Assembly (NCBI GenBank): GCA_973895155.1
Contig: OZ316897.1
Location: 7,430,470 to 7,494,469 of the forward strand
Reading direction: 5' to 3'
Length of the DNA: 64,000 bases
Source of the DNA: Marsupella aquatica
Taxonomy: Eukaryota > Plantae > Marchantiophyta
Position numbers and translations under genes: made by a program. The notes beneath the pieces were generated by a model. The model did not search any database and was not told the DNA's origin. It worked only from the letters and a program-made list of their open reading frames with translations. Shown piece after piece: positions 21,757 through 35,780 of this stretch (positions are counted from its first letter, which is position 1; the number at the start of each line of letters is the position of its first letter).

Positions 21757-23668
21757 AGTTAAACTCAAAAGTTCTCTTAAGATTTTCAAGCCAGCGAACT
21801 ATATCAACCCCTTATTGCTGGGTATGGGCAAAGATGCTAGTTATAACCCGGGGTCCTCACTTATTTTCTTCCAACCAATTATGCGTAAATAAGTATAGGG
21901 TTTTTTTTATTGGGTTCAGTGAAATAATCTTAAATTTTTTGTTAAAAAACATTAGGGTTATTTTAATCCAAATTTGAGAATTTTAAAAATCATAGGGTTT
22001 TTTAAATTAAAATATTAAGTTAGGGGTAGAAAATTCTTAAAAAAAACTTTATGGACTTAATTTTTAGGGTATTTATTCCCCCAAAACTTTGAGTGTGATA
22101 TGAGGCACCCCTTGGATTGAGGCCCCCGAGGGTTATAATTGTGAAATTCACAACAGGAAGGCTCACTTTGCACCCTCCCTTCTTATTCATGGCTCTCATT
22201 TGTGAAGTGTTTAAAGGTACCCATCCTTCCCAACTTACCCTCATGCCGTCAATGTGAACTCTGTGTCCTCCATTTCCTCCTTGCCCTCATGATACTTAGT
22301 CCATCCTTTGAAGAACTTCCCATGCACGTTCCCATTCCCCTCTAGCTTCATGAAACTCTGACCAGTTTCCCACACTCTCATGTCCACATTTTCCATTTCT
22401 GTATTCATAGCTTAATAACATATTGTGTCTAATACAACATTATGAGACAAAACTCCCAGTTTGTTGACTGTTCAACCTGCCTGGGAATAGGCCATCGTTC
22501 TTTCTTTACTTTTACCACCAATGGATCACACATCTGTTAATACACCTACTTCAATTTATTTATTTATTTTAAATTTGAATAAGTTAAATAGTTATGTACA
22601 TCACAGTAGGCCAGCAGATAACACACATAAGAGAGCCAGTGCAATTTATCAAAAACAAACAAATTACAGGCCACACAATATTGCCAGGAATGAAGGCAAG
22701 CAAATACACCCATCAAAATTCAGTTAGTAATATTTGCTTGGATGCATGAACAGAAAGATAGAAACAGTAGGTGGACTGGTTTTGAAAAAGGACTCTTTGG
22801 GAGTCTCCATCCAAAACTTTTACTCGAATAGAATTCTTATGTTTGAGGGCGTAAAGAAGGTTCTAGTGTCTTCTTTAGAGGGAGGGTGTCCGTGGCACTT
22901 TAAAGTGCTCAGGCTTTCACTATCCTCCGTAGAGCCTAGGCAGTTGGTTTAGCCTCTAGACATATTCCACTTTGCAACCCTCCTTTACTCCGGACCTCTA
23001 CCAAGCTTTTCAGTTCTCCACACAACAGGGTTTTAGTCTTCTTTGCTCCTTAGTGGATACTATGTTTTTGTCTTTGTTTCTTTGTTCTTATGGAGGACTC
23101 CTTGGCTTGTTGGACCTCTTTGGTCTTCTTGAGGCCCTTCCTGCTTCTTCTTCCCTCCCTTTAATGGGTTGCTCTGCCATTGGGACCTGGAAAAACCCAA
23201 GAATACCAGTGAGCCACAATGCACTAGAGCTAGTCCCCAACAACAGCAAAAGAACAAAAACAATACTATGCAAGAAATTGGAAAGTATGATAGAGCTCCA
23301 GCAGGGGAGGGTGTCATGCCGAGGGATAGTGCCTCTTGCGCACATCGGCATGTCCCTCGCATGCCCGCTAGGTATGTAGTTAGGGCTAGTGTACTACTTG
23401 ACTTAGCGACATGTTCTTATAGCAAATTCCAGGCGTTCTTGAAGCAAATGCTTGTTAGTGTGACGCCAGGACTTTGCTTGCTTAGGGCATGTTGTTCTTT
23501 GTTGGTTTTCAGTTCTTCTTGAATCATTGTTGACAGAGCTCAGAACAGTGCTCGTCGGTTCCGTACACGGGATTCACACAATGATTCGTTAGATGCTTCC
23601 GGCCGATCTTGGCATCTCGCTGGTTTTTGATTCAATTTCAATACGCTTGTTTCTCTTACGCCTTTTAT

Positions 23669-24628
23669 TCAAGATATGCGGTGCCCAAGGTATACTACTG
23701 ATCTGACAACAAATTCACACTTCTTGGGGTGTATATTTAGGTTCACCTTCTTAAGCCTCATGAATAGCTCCTCAAGGTCAAGTAGATGCTGGTCAAATCC
23801 TTTGCTGTGGACCAACACATCATCAATGTAGCATTTGAGAAACTCAGCACCCTGAAGAACCCGATCCATGACTCTTTGAAAGAATATGGGTGCATTCTTC
23901 AAGCCAAATGGCATCACCAACCACTCCCATAGTTGGTTACTACCATGGAAAACTGTTTTCTTGCGGTCCTTTGCAAGCAGCAAAATCTGGTTAAAGCCTT
24001 GCCTTAGATCCACAAGAGTGAAGATGTCTGAGTCTCCAATGCTGTCACATAGCTCATCTGGCCGTGGCATGGGGTACCTGTCCTGGGGTGTGACCAGGTT
24101 CAGTGGCCTGTAGTCCCCACACATGCGCTTTTTTGTCCACAATCCACTGGAATCCTTCTTTGCTGGCATCACTGTAGCTGCTGCAAAATCTGATGTAGAT
24201 GGCTGAATAAGACCAGTTTCATATAACTCTTGGCACCTCTCATCCACCAGCTGCCACTCATGCTTACTCAAACGATGTCTCCGCCTGAAGATAGGTGTTT
24301 CATCAGCCAACTCAATGGAGAACTGCATGGTCTTGCACTTACCCAAGTCCTTCATAGAGAAAACAAACACGTTCTCATGCTTGAGGAGCAAATTCAGCAG
24401 CTGGTCCTTCTGTCTTTTACTCAGGTGGTTGCCCATGATGAATGTGTAGTTGGCAACACTAGGAATAGGACCTGATGTACTCGTGCTTGAAGAGCCAGAA
24501 GTGCCAACCTCTCCACTGTCCAAGCTGCTAGCATGCTGTTGATAAGGTGATGAGGCCTCTCCAAGGCCTGTTGTATTTGTTGCTTTGGTCTGATCCACAC
24601 CATGAAACTCAGAAATAATATAAGCCAC
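23669..24628 (-). mobile_element. Ty3/gypsy-type reverse transcriptase fragment, truncated after RT
   Basis: RMCGDYRPLN, DRYPMP, DLRQGFNQI, VMPFGLKNAP..FQRVM, YIDDV, KKCEF, YLGHRI; no RNase H, integrase or LTR recognised. Confidence 0.93.
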
Positions 24629-27452
24629 ATTACGAGGGACCTCCTTATACAGAGGTTTACACCTCCACTACGTACATACCACCTCAATTGCTTTTTCTTG
24701 GCACTCGTGAATGTGATTGAACTTTTTCTATGCATGTTAGTTGCTAGCAGCTTGCACATATGCATTGCCGGTGACTTGTATGTTTTTGATACACTATGGT
24801 TACGATACTATATGTCACGACAAGGGTCTGTAACATGCATTTTGGTTGATGACTTGGATTTATAGAGACAGTTTTAATCTTGGCTCCATGTTACAAGCAT
24901 TCTGGGATCCCATGATGCAAGCAACACCTTTCACCCCCTAGGATCCCAAGGTGGATGTGTTGCACTATGTTGGAATGAGCCCAATAAAGTTACTTTTTGG
25001 TTGTTGAGGAGGCTTGCCAGCTGGTCTTATGTGTTCCTTTGGCAAGAGCTGGTCTGCCTAAATTCTTATAAAATGGCTTGTGGGTTTAAAACAAATATAG
25101 AGAAGCACAAGTGAGAAGTCAATGGTTTTGGTGGAAAATTTAAGCTCTCATAGACCATTATGGTTGACAAAATATTTGGATGGACTGGTGCTACTCGGAT
25201 GGAATGTATGCTCCAAAACAATTTTGTTATTCAGATAACACCATTCTTTTGCATATATGTTCACTTTTTGGAGCATCAAAACATGTCTGGTCTGTCAAAG
25301 TTTTGAGTCAAACACTCTGGCCCCATCAGAGCATCAAGTTTGTTTAGATGGAGGTGTTTGGTCTATCTGAGTTCTGAGATCAAACATTGTGTGGGTGATT
25401 TTTGAAGGCCTAAATCTTACCTGACAATTGCTCTAGCAAACAATACGTACACAGGGAAAACAAATAAATTCTCTTGAGTTTAACAAATTATTTGCTACAT
25501 CGGTTCTCCTTACATCTAATGAAATCGAGAGGCTCACAGGCATGCATCAGAAATTGTACTACAAAACCCCTTCCCAAGCACAGGGAGAAGTCTCCACTCA
25601 GACTCCTTTCCCAATATGAGAAAAACAACATGGCTGCTCCCCAAGGACGGTTCTGGGAAAGTCAGGTCCTCCCTCCTTTCGTACTCTGTAGCGAAGTGTA
25701 CGGTAGCTTACCGATGGTCGTTCTCTAATATACGCACGATTCTGCTTTATGTCCTGAGCTCGCCTCACACAACAGCTCCTGTAGCTCTCATCTCTCATCT
25801 CTCATCTCTCGACCCAGACCAAGTGGCGTCGTAAGTTAGTAGTAGCTCAAGTAGCTCACCACTGCACTCCTTCGTCCCTCCATGGCCGGTGGGTTGAACT
25901 ATTGGGAATGGCCGTGAGGAAAGAGTAAGTCAAACTGGGGAGACGTGCGTCAACCGAAGCACACTCTGAACACTAAAAACAAAACAAACGGCACACACCG
26001 CTCCGGATCAGAAGGAAGGCCAGCTAGGCTGGGTTGAACAGGAACAGTCATCATCCATCGAGCGAGCGAGCGAGAGACACTTTACTGTAAAGAGTACCAG
26101 AGTGGAGGTGACAGAAAAAGGTGGCTGGATGAGACTGTAGCTGCCTCAACTGCAGCAGCAGGAAAAAAGGCTCCTTGACTGCTAGAGACAGCCATGCGGT
26201 GGAATATCATTTATGCCTTTCACGGAGCTCACCCTGGGTTGTTTCGTTGCATCTCCCTCTCCTCCCCTCCCCTAACCTCCCCTCCCCTCAGTTTTCTCAA
26301 TCCTTCGTTATTTTCCTTCTCGTGCCTTAGGGAGTCCGAGGACAGCGACGGGACACAGGTCGGGGTTGGAAGTTGGGGAGATCGATACGACAGTGGGAGC
26401 GTTCACGGGGTACGAAGGCATTGAGCCATCGGGGCAGTTCGTGAGATGCGGTTATACTCGTGGATTTTAGGTTTGTACTTGTATCACATCTTTCCTTTCT
26501 CCTATTCTTTGATGTGTACATGCGGTCTTTCGGTAGGGTGGGTGGTTCACGCTGGGGAGAGTTGATCTCTTGGGTTGATCATAGATTATTTTGGTGTCCA
26601 TTCGAGTACATTGGCGTATGGGCTGTTGTTCTAGCGGGCAGCCCTCCTGGGTATACGATTGATTTGGCACTCCGTTCTTGCGCGTTGGATGTGACGCTTT
26701 GGCGCCGCAGAGTCTGGTAATAGAGTTCGTTAATTGCGGTTGTTGGGAGATCTGATGTTTTCGCATGGGCATCTGCTGCTTGAAAACCTTCTTTTCTGTG
26801 GGGTCGAGTTGGGTTCCGCGTGCCGGTTGATACAGTCAGTTGTGGCAGCAACCTTTTCCACATCTGTCATGTAGACTGGTCCCTCTCCCGCTCTGGCCAT
26901 GGGATCAACTATATTCGCGGGTTGTAAATTTTCTGTGATTGCCAAGTTTCTATTGTGTAGAACTCCTTCTACCCTTCGATCCAAGCTGTGAGGTGACCCA
27001 AAGGTAGTAGCGTTATCTGTCTGGTAGTATCGCTCTGTGTTCATTGTAAGCTGGTTGGAGAGGTTTGCCGACGAGGTGAAGCTGGGTTGTGTTTGAGCTT
27101 TAACTACTGTTTTTGCAACTGCATCTCTTGATCTAAATCCTCATGGCATGCCTCTCTAGGACGTTCTCTGTCCACCCATCTGATATAGTCAATTCCAGGA
27201 TGAATAGTACTGGGCCCTGGATCGTATTTGTTGCTGTAATTGTGCGTCGGAGCTGGGCTGTCTGCATAGCTTTACACAGTGTCTTAGGACCGGATATCAT
27301 ACCCAAGTTGTCCTAAGTCTTGCCGCCTTGAGCCGAGCCCTTTTGTTGATTGCAACGGTGCTGGTCTGGCTAACCCTTTCCTGTTCCCACTGCAGGTCCT
27401 CTCTTGTAGACCTGACGAGTCGCGCTGTAGGTTGGTCGGGATATACACTATC

Positions 27453-29681
27453 ATGGAAGCCATACCGTCCACCGCAGCGAACGGAGCGAAACGGTGGTTA
27501 TCTGAACTGGTAGGTTTGACCTCTTTGTGCCAATCTAACATGTGATGCGTTTATACGGGGCAGAAGAAGTCTCAGGTTGTTTTGACTTGGTACTTGCAGG
27601 GACTTGAGGAGCCGTCCCTGGTGAAGCATTTGGACAGTCTGTTTCTGCCCCCGCAACAGCAGGTCTTTGCTGCAGCGAAAGGATATCAATATCACAACAA
27701 CTTCGATCTACGAGAGTCGCAGAACGTCAGGCAGCAGTACCACAACAGCTTCACCAGCTCAGCTCCCAATACAACGATTGTACACAACGCTCACAATGGA
27801 TACAATCAATCATGGGAGGCCCTCCTCAACTGCGAGCGTCCGGCAAAGATGATGAAATCCGGCACATGGGACGTGGGGTCAGTTCAACATGACCGTCAGC
27901 CATTGCTTCCGTCAATATTTCCCGCCAAGATGGAAATGGAGGCTCATCAGCCACACAACATAGCACAGCAGCGCATGACACAGTTCACCACACCGCAACA
28001 GCTGAATTGCCACAATTTAGAGGGGTTTGTGGCATCCCTTCCCAAACTATTGGATGACACTTATGACAGTGTGGCACCCAGGACTCCATCTGGAGAGTTC
28101 GGCATTTGCTCTTCCATTCAAGGACAAGATAGCAGCAACAACGAAGTGCACTCAGTGGATATGAGTGCAGCCTGCGCCCGCGACAGTTCCCTCTCGCCCA
28201 GCGATTCTTACGGAGGCAAAAGGAAACCGGATTGCTTTCCCCCGGTAGAGATGAGAGTGCAAAGAGCAATTCCTCCGATGACCATGTGTAGGGCCCCTTC
28301 TCCTCCAACCAAGACATCAGGGCACACTCAGGATCATATTATGGCTGAGCGTAAGCGTCGTGAGAAGCTGAGCCAACGCTTCATTGCCCTGTCGGCTATC
28401 GTTCCCGGCTTGAAGAAGGTACGCCCCCGGGTTCAGGGATTGTTATAGCAGGGTTTTGAAGACTCGACATAATTGTCGTTGTCTGCCCAATTTGGTGAAT
28501 GATGGTCGAGTCGATGATCTGGTTTTTTTCTCTGGACCACAGTTTGAGATCACTAGGTTGCGCTCCCTGTGCGCATTGATTCTATCAAAATATGCGCGCA
28601 GCAGTCCATCAAGAGTTGGGTCAACGCATGAGTCTTTACGTGTGTTATATACGCGTAGCTTGCGTAGGTTACGGAGCTCAGAACTGCCGAGTAATTGACG
28701 ATGACGTGGACCCTAGTTTTGTCACTCTTTTTTCTGCAGATTAACCATCTGAAAGTGTGCTCTCCTATTGACGAGTATGCGATGAAAAAACTACTGTGCT
28801 TGCTCAGTCTCGAAACAGACGGGTCGTTAAGTTTGAGTGTTTGTCCTTTTGGTGTAGATGGATAAGGCATCCGTGCTGGGCGATGCGATCAAGTACGTCA
28901 AGTCTCTTCAAGAAAAAATTAAGAACTTGGAGGAGAATTGCACCAAGAAGAACGTGCGGACGATCGCTATCGTTAAGAAGGAGAAAAATACGAGGGGTTT
29001 GAGTGATGATTTACAGCATGTAGCGGAGGATGACAACACGAATGCGCCGGAAATTGAGGCCCGCATGGTCGACAAGAACGTCCTAGTTAAGATGCACTGC
29101 GAGAGAAAGAAGGGCATAGTGGTGAAGTCCTTGGCTGAGTTGGAGAAATTGCACTTGACGGTGGTGAACGCCTACGTGTTGTCTTTCACAGCAACATCTT
29201 TCGACCTTACAGTCACGTGCCAAGTTAGTATGCTTGGACTCTACCCTTTTCAAAGCCCCCTGAACTTTCAGTTACTATCGTTCTCTCTTTGACTGAACTT
29301 CACAATTGACATCCTTAAGGTAGTGGCTCGCGTGGTATCGTAGGCTTGTCTGATTAGTCGGTCTGGTCTTACTTCTTGGTGCTATTGTTTTGCGCGACTG
29401 AGGGTCGTGGGTCCCTGACTCATAGCTACATGATACCCGTTTTTTTCGTCTCAGAGGTGCGTCGCAATTTCCTGTTTGCTTCCTGCCGGAAAGCACATTT
29501 GGAGTCCCTGTTGACTATCAATATGTTTTATGACCTCGGTTTTCTTGTGGTAGTCGTCCCACACTAGTCGGAATCTAATTGCTGGAGGATCTCGTTGGCA
29601 TGGCAGGTTGAAGAGGGTCACGACGTGAATGTCGATGACGTTGTGGCTGCTCTACAAGCCTTTTTCAAGTCCCTAAACTGA
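27453..29681 (+). CDS. bHLH transcription factor, subfamily IVa (bHLH18/25/NAI1-like) with ACT-like C-terminus, ~438 aa; exons 27453-27509, 27600-28418, 28858-29223, 29607-29681
   Basis: N-terminal WLSEL|GLEEP motif; QDHIMAERKRREKLSQRFIALSAIVPGLKK|MDKASVLGDAIKYVKSLQEK; PEIEAR..DKNVLVKMHCE...LHLTVVN; all three introns GT-AG, phase 0; ends VEEGHDVNVDDVVAALQAFFKSLN*. Confidence 0.93.
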
Positions 29682-31495
29682 AGCAGTGCCTGTGGGAAAC
29701 AGATTCCCGGCTCGTTCTTACTTACTTCGAGGACGACGACACTGTTTGTGCAAGATGCTGTCCAAGACATCAACGCACCAGCTGTGAACAACGTTGTTCA
29801 TACTTGTATATGTACAGCCTTAGCAAGATTGGAGTGTTGTAGCTAGCAACGCTCTCCCATCTTCATCACTGTCTTTCAAAACTTATCACCTGACTTCATC
29901 AGACGGGAGGGAACACCAAATGCTCGGAATGGCGTTGCCTCGCTCGTGTTACAGATATTTGCTGACATGGTTCGGCGTCTTGCTTGTCAACGTCGTCTCC
30001 GAGAAAGGTTTTTCATCAAACATGGTTCACTTGTCCTTTCTCCTTCCACTAGGGTTTTTGAAGAGGCTGCCCGGGCTACAGACATTTCAACAGTGGCAGC
30101 CTCTTTTCTCACCGAGTGGACTTAGGAGATTGCGGTTCTCTTTTTAGCTCGTTCACGTTAGCCTAGCCCTAGCCCGATGTTGACATATACTACGTGGGAT
30201 TCATGTTATCCATCCTCCTAGCAAGGTGTCGCTAGAGTTTTGGTTCAATCACCAGGCTTTTTTTGCGGAGTCAAAGCTGCTCTGTTTCCAGCCTCATGGA
30301 GATTTTACCATCTTGCTACCCATGCAAGGAAGGATTTTTTTCTGGTTCTCAGGACACGTCCTTATCCAGCTTAGTCTTTTCCCCACCTAGTAGACCCGAG
30401 TTTTTGATCGGGACAAGTCAACATGGACCGAGCTTCCGTGGACGGTCTATATAGTTACTCCCTACCATAGAGATCCTTGGTGTTGTCCAAGGACGTTTTA
30501 CCCGTGGATGGTCAGACTTGTTTTTCGTCTTCAATTAAAGGATTTCAGGCGTAAGAGTTTGCAAATCTTGTTCAGCTATATTTGATGTGAGATGTGTACC
30601 TGTGATGATTCAAAATTCTGTGTTTGGGCCACGTCGGGAACACAATTGTCTTCTCCTTTGCGTTTCGGATTTCATGTGAGACTCGGTGCCACTACATTGC
30701 GTTCTTGATTGTTGACTGAAAAATTTAGAATCTGCGAGGGTCATTGTTTGATGGTATATTCCATGGTCGGTGGCATACCTTGTTGATACTCGCGGTCTTT
30801 GCGAATTATGAAGAAAACGACGGGACATGAAAGTTTATTCCATCACCCGATAATTGAAAAACAGTACAGTAAATGTCAGAAACGCCGAGGAGGCATATAT
30901 GGACGGATTGTGCATGTCGCCAGATTTTTAGTTTTGGGCCAGAATTGGGTTCGTACTCAGTTGTTGGGGGCTAGCCATTCCTGGGGCCCAGGCTAATAAT
31001 ACTGTGGACCAAATTCACCAAATCTTTGATGTGCTTATCTCTTATCTAGCTCCGCTTCGCTATGCGGTCGTCCAAAGCTGTTCCGAGTGTGATTTCTACT
31101 TATGCCACGCACCCTGGGTACTGAAAGGGTGGATGTCTGGAAAGCTCCCACTTGCGACGAACGTTCTCCTAGCTCTCTCTTCATCGAATGGACACATTTA
31201 ACACGCAACCGGGCAGGGGGTTTGGTTCGGTTTGAAAACCGAACGCAACGTGCGAAAGTTTGTTGAACGAGAACTAAAGCGCAAGGAGAACTTCATATTC
31301 ACGGGCAGATGTCGAAATACTGACATCGGCACCAGCCGTAGCCACCGTCAGCCATACGATACTTCGTGGGAGTCAAGAATCATCTGCTACTTTCCGAAGA
31401 TTTGAAGTGTGCCCGTTGGTTTAATTGACGAAATATAGTACAGTGGGTGTCTTACGAGTTCCGTGCGTTGAAATGACGATTGGCATGAAATGAAT

Positions 31496-31695
31496 TGCAA
31501 GCTGCAAGAGGGTTGAATCTGATTCCATATGAAGCATGTGTTGACTATTCTTTGCAGCAAATTCTTAGAAATATTTGACTAAATTACGATTTTTGTATTG
31601 TAGTGATCTGCAAGTTGCGAGCGGTTTGAATCTGAGTGAATGTAGAGCATGTGTTGACTATTCCTTGTAGCAAGTTTTTAGGAAGATGTGACTAT
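31496..31695. repeat. ~113-bp-period degenerate duplication
   Basis: TGCAAG...TTGAATCTGA...AGCATGTGTTGACTATTC at ~31496 and ~31608. Confidence 0.75.
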
Positions 31696-33466
31696 GGACA
31701 GACGAGGCATTGCAGTATTGTAATCCACCTGCTCGACAAAAATAATATTCTCCGCAATGCACGGTAATTTTCGCGAAATGAGGGAGTAGTCCGGACATTA
31801 ATTTGACAAAATCATTGCTCGTAAAGTGGATGTCATTTCCTGTTGCACAAAATAATACCGATAGTACGGGATAATTGGGTTATCAATAACTCGAGACTTT
31901 CCTAAAGCAAAAGACCCATGTGGGCAACTTGGAGTTTGTGATTCGATCTCTCAACTTGGGTAAACTTTTGTCGAAGTGGACGAGAGCAGGTACTTTGGCA
32001 ATTCTTTTTCCCAGTTGCCCCTGATCAAGAGACCAGTTTCGATGGTGATTCCGTTCTTCAGCGCATTTCCATGCTGGACCCGGAGATCGTGTTTCACGAA
32101 ATTTCGAGGAATCTTTCGAGGCCAAAAAATGTTTGGAAAGTGTGTGTGGCATTCTAGGGAGCAAGTACGTCTGTCCGTACATCCGGAGTAGAAATGTGTT
32201 GAGTTTGCATCATAAATTGAACCCACTTGTTGGATACCGGACCAGTGACTTGATAACTAGAGCGAACCGCTACCTTATATAGATATACCGTAACCATGAT
32301 TTTGAGGCCGGCTGAGCTGCTCCCAGCCCAATAGCTCATTCAGAATAGCAACTACGAGCCTGAATGAAGGAAAGAAGGCAGACGCGGCGCTCAGCGGATG
32401 AGGGAGCTGTCTTCGCGATCGTTCTACCGTTTCGCGTTCGTCCGATATCCGTCGTACTGGAAACATTATTCTCAAGGAGCATTATCATTCCCCGGTGCAT
32501 ACATCGTCATCCGTATACGTGGATGGATCGCGTTGGTTGTAACAGTCGCATATGCCGACACACAGTCGCCGAGTGTACTTAGAACCGATAATTCCTCCCG
32601 TGTTCTGATCATTCTAACGAATGACATTACTGTACTGCGCCTAGTTTGTGGGAGCAGAGGATCTTTCAAACGGATCGAAGATGATTATGGCTCCCCAAAA
32701 CCCAGCCGAGCGATCAGCAACCGCGGATCTCTCTACGCTCCAATTCGAGGCAAAATTAATTCCGTAATATCGGCGATTTTCTTTTTCAATTACGGTTTGC
32801 CACAACAGAGTGCAGGCTGGCAGGAAAAAGCGAGTCCCTTCATTCACGTTAATCTTGCCAGCAGCTCACAAGCTTACATGAATGCATTTCATGATTACAT
32901 TACATTTACCACCGTGTAAGATTTTGGGCTTTCGTGACCTACCAACGAATTTCTCCATTATTATATGGCCTCGCTATCCACTCGGGAAAACCTACGGTAC
33001 TAATCTGCCAAACTGAAATTCTGAATCCAATCCCCATTGTCTGTTTCTGCATCTCATTCTCCAATCACCTGTCTCCACTTTAAATGTTGTTACCGCCCTC
33101 ACTTGTTTACCTGTATAAACATTATAAAAATGTAAAACTGAGCCAATTGAGACGACTGAGATTCCATGGACTGTCAGTAGGAGATGCTTGTTCGAGCGGA
33201 TTGAGTGATTGACAGCAAAAGCCTTGCAGAGCGTCTTATCAATACGGAGTCATCTGAATACGGCGCAATAAGTGCTTTCCATTACAACAGTTTGAGAAAG
33301 AGAAATTTGGGCCTTCCATCGCGAATATCGACGGCGGTGACATGGACGACGACACGTCTATTTTGTAGATACTCTTGGACTGTATGAAACTGTATACTCA
33401 ACAAAACGACAAGGAAAAAGTAACAAAATAATTCGATCGAGGTCATTATTTTAATTTTTTAACAAT

Positions 33467-33760
33467 CGCAGCCATTCATTTGGTTGGTGCAATATGAACA
33501 ATTACGGCCATTCATTCGGTACAGTGGGGACAATGATCCCATGTAGCAATTTTCATATTAATACTATGAAACGTTTTACATCACTAATTTGCACTCCTCT
33601 GGTTTTCTACAACGCGGCCATTCATGTGGTTAGTGCAATATGAACAATCACGGCCATTCATGGTACAGTAGGGACAAGGATCCCATGTACCTAGCCTGCA
33701 ATTTTCATATTAATACTTTGGAACTTTTTACACCACTACTTGGCACTCCTGGTTCCTTAC
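33467..33760. repeat. ~146-bp tandem duplication
   Basis: GCCATTCAT.TGGTT.GTGCAATATGAACAAT...GATCCCATGTA...CAATTTTCATATTAATACT occurs twice. Confidence 0.85.
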
Positions 33761-33929
33761 ATTTTCAGCTCAAGGAAGCTACTTGGAAAGATCTTTCTCA
33801 CCATTCTAATATCTTTACCTATCCTGTTGGCGACTCAAACATACCCTGACGAGTCTTCAATCTCTGGAATGTCTGATTTATCCTATAGATATTCACTAGG
33901 AGGTATATGCTTGATGTACCCCCTTGGTG

Positions 33930-34060
33930 TACCCTGCCTTGATGAACTACATAGTATCATTTGTGACAATTTGGACCCCATGTAAATTTCCCACACCAAT
34001 AGTTAATTCCCTCAACTTCTTGTGCATAGGTGTGTGTGGTTAGGTCTCCATATCATCTAG
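33930..34060 (-). mobile_element. Possible hAT transposase (DUF659 region) remnant
   Basis: Minus-strand translation IGVGNLHGVQIVTNDTM*FIKAG resembles the hAT motif VG.ENVVQ(I/V)VTDNA.N...AG. Confidence 0.35.
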
Positions 34061-35780
34061 GAACTTTTTGAAAATCTTGCCAATTGAAGACCTTCCAGAA
34101 GAACACAAGTCTCCCCCAATTGACCTTAACTGTACACATGATAGGAACGATACTACAGCAGATGGAGAATCGCATTACAAACCACAAATTGATAGACTGA
34201 GGTCATCGTAATTATAATTGGGACAGAAACCTGGAAGGCCTCGACCTCGGACAGAAACCTGCAAGACATTATTTCATCAAACATCATGTCCTTTCTCGTC
34301 ACTGTCACATGGATGACCTCTGGCCCACACAAGGAAGGGAGGAAATATTCAACGCGACCGTCTAGCCCAAATACGAAGAAAAATATATTACACAGAAAGG
34401 GCCAAACAAAGTACAATAAAAAGCAAATAAAAAAAATTTAAAGAGGACAAACCCAAAAGAAGCAAGTGCAACCCTGAGGAAAAAAAGGGGGGGGGGGAGA
34501 GGGTGTTCAGAGTTTAATAACACACAGCACATGTAGTACGGGTGGGATGGCCCCATGAACTCGGCCCTCCGTTCAAAAGTGTTACTGGTTCTGACCCAAC
34601 TGTCAACAACGAAAATATAAACCGGGTTCTAGTAACTGCCCAAATCTTTTTGGGGGTTGGATTTGCGTTTTGAGTTTGTTCTCTTTGAACTCCTTTTGCT
34701 TTTAATTGTTGGACACTTTTTGGAAAATTGGCCCCATGTATTTTATTGCACGGTTGCTGATAGGCACTTTCCCCTTAAAAAAATCAGTCAACTTGGAATA
34801 TCCCAACTTCCTATCCCATTGGTAGAAAGAGAAAAAGGGCAGAAAGTGTGCGAGGTCGAGGCCTTCCAGGCCCACAAAATGTAGTCCTTTTTCCTACTTC
34901 ATGAGCTTCGTCTGAACCACTTTTGGGTGAGTTTTATGTAGAAAGCACTGCGTGTGTAGGGGTTCCAAACCTTGCACCTCCACGCTTCAACTCAAACGGT
35001 CTACAGCTCCACCCTTAGCGTGCTCCACTAAAAATATAGCTTTATTTAGTGCACATGGTTTGGGCAGCGTCCGGCCCATAAATTACTTTCCAAGGAGCAG
35101 TCGCCCCAAATTCTTTTTGACATCCCTCCCAGCAGTTCTGAGGCTGTCAGTCTGCCAGCATGGAACTCTAGGAAAAGCTCATTTTTGGAGAGATCTGGAG
35201 CCGATCTGTGCAACATTTCTTCAGGCTTCCTTTCATGGCTATGCAGCTCCCAGTCTCCCACCACCACCAGCAGTCTAGCCAGTGACCGGTCGGGCTGATG
35301 AAAAGTCGAATGCTCCTTTTCAAAACTTCTATCCGTAATAATTTGAGGAATTTCTGGATGAGTAATAGTCCGCTTTACAGCGAATTGCACTATGCGCTGT
35401 CACTTGCAAGGCTGCAATGACGTTTTGCTTTACGTCAAAACTTTTGGATCTATGCATTGGTGGCCACCGTAATCACGCAACACCTGGCCTCATCGGTCAA
35501 AGGCTTTCCGTAGACAAATGCATTCATTGTTCGGTCAGAGGAGCGAGCTATCATAAGATGTAAGAAATACTCAAGGAACTCTCTCTTTACCCTCGTTCTC
35601 CTGAGACTTAATTGTCCTTTTTCTTTCTTTTTCTTTCCCTTTCTTTCTTCTTCTTCTTAATTAGAGTGAATTTAAGCCCGAAAACTAAACCCCTCAACCA
35701 CGGTCAAGCATTGGGGTCGGGAAAATCCATGGATTAAGGATAGAAAAACAAAATCACCCCTAATCATCTTACGGCTAAAA

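Noticed and set aside
21890-22075. TAGGG motifs as an interstitial telomere
   Set aside because: Scattered single motifs in AT-rich DNA, not a tandem TTTAGGG array.
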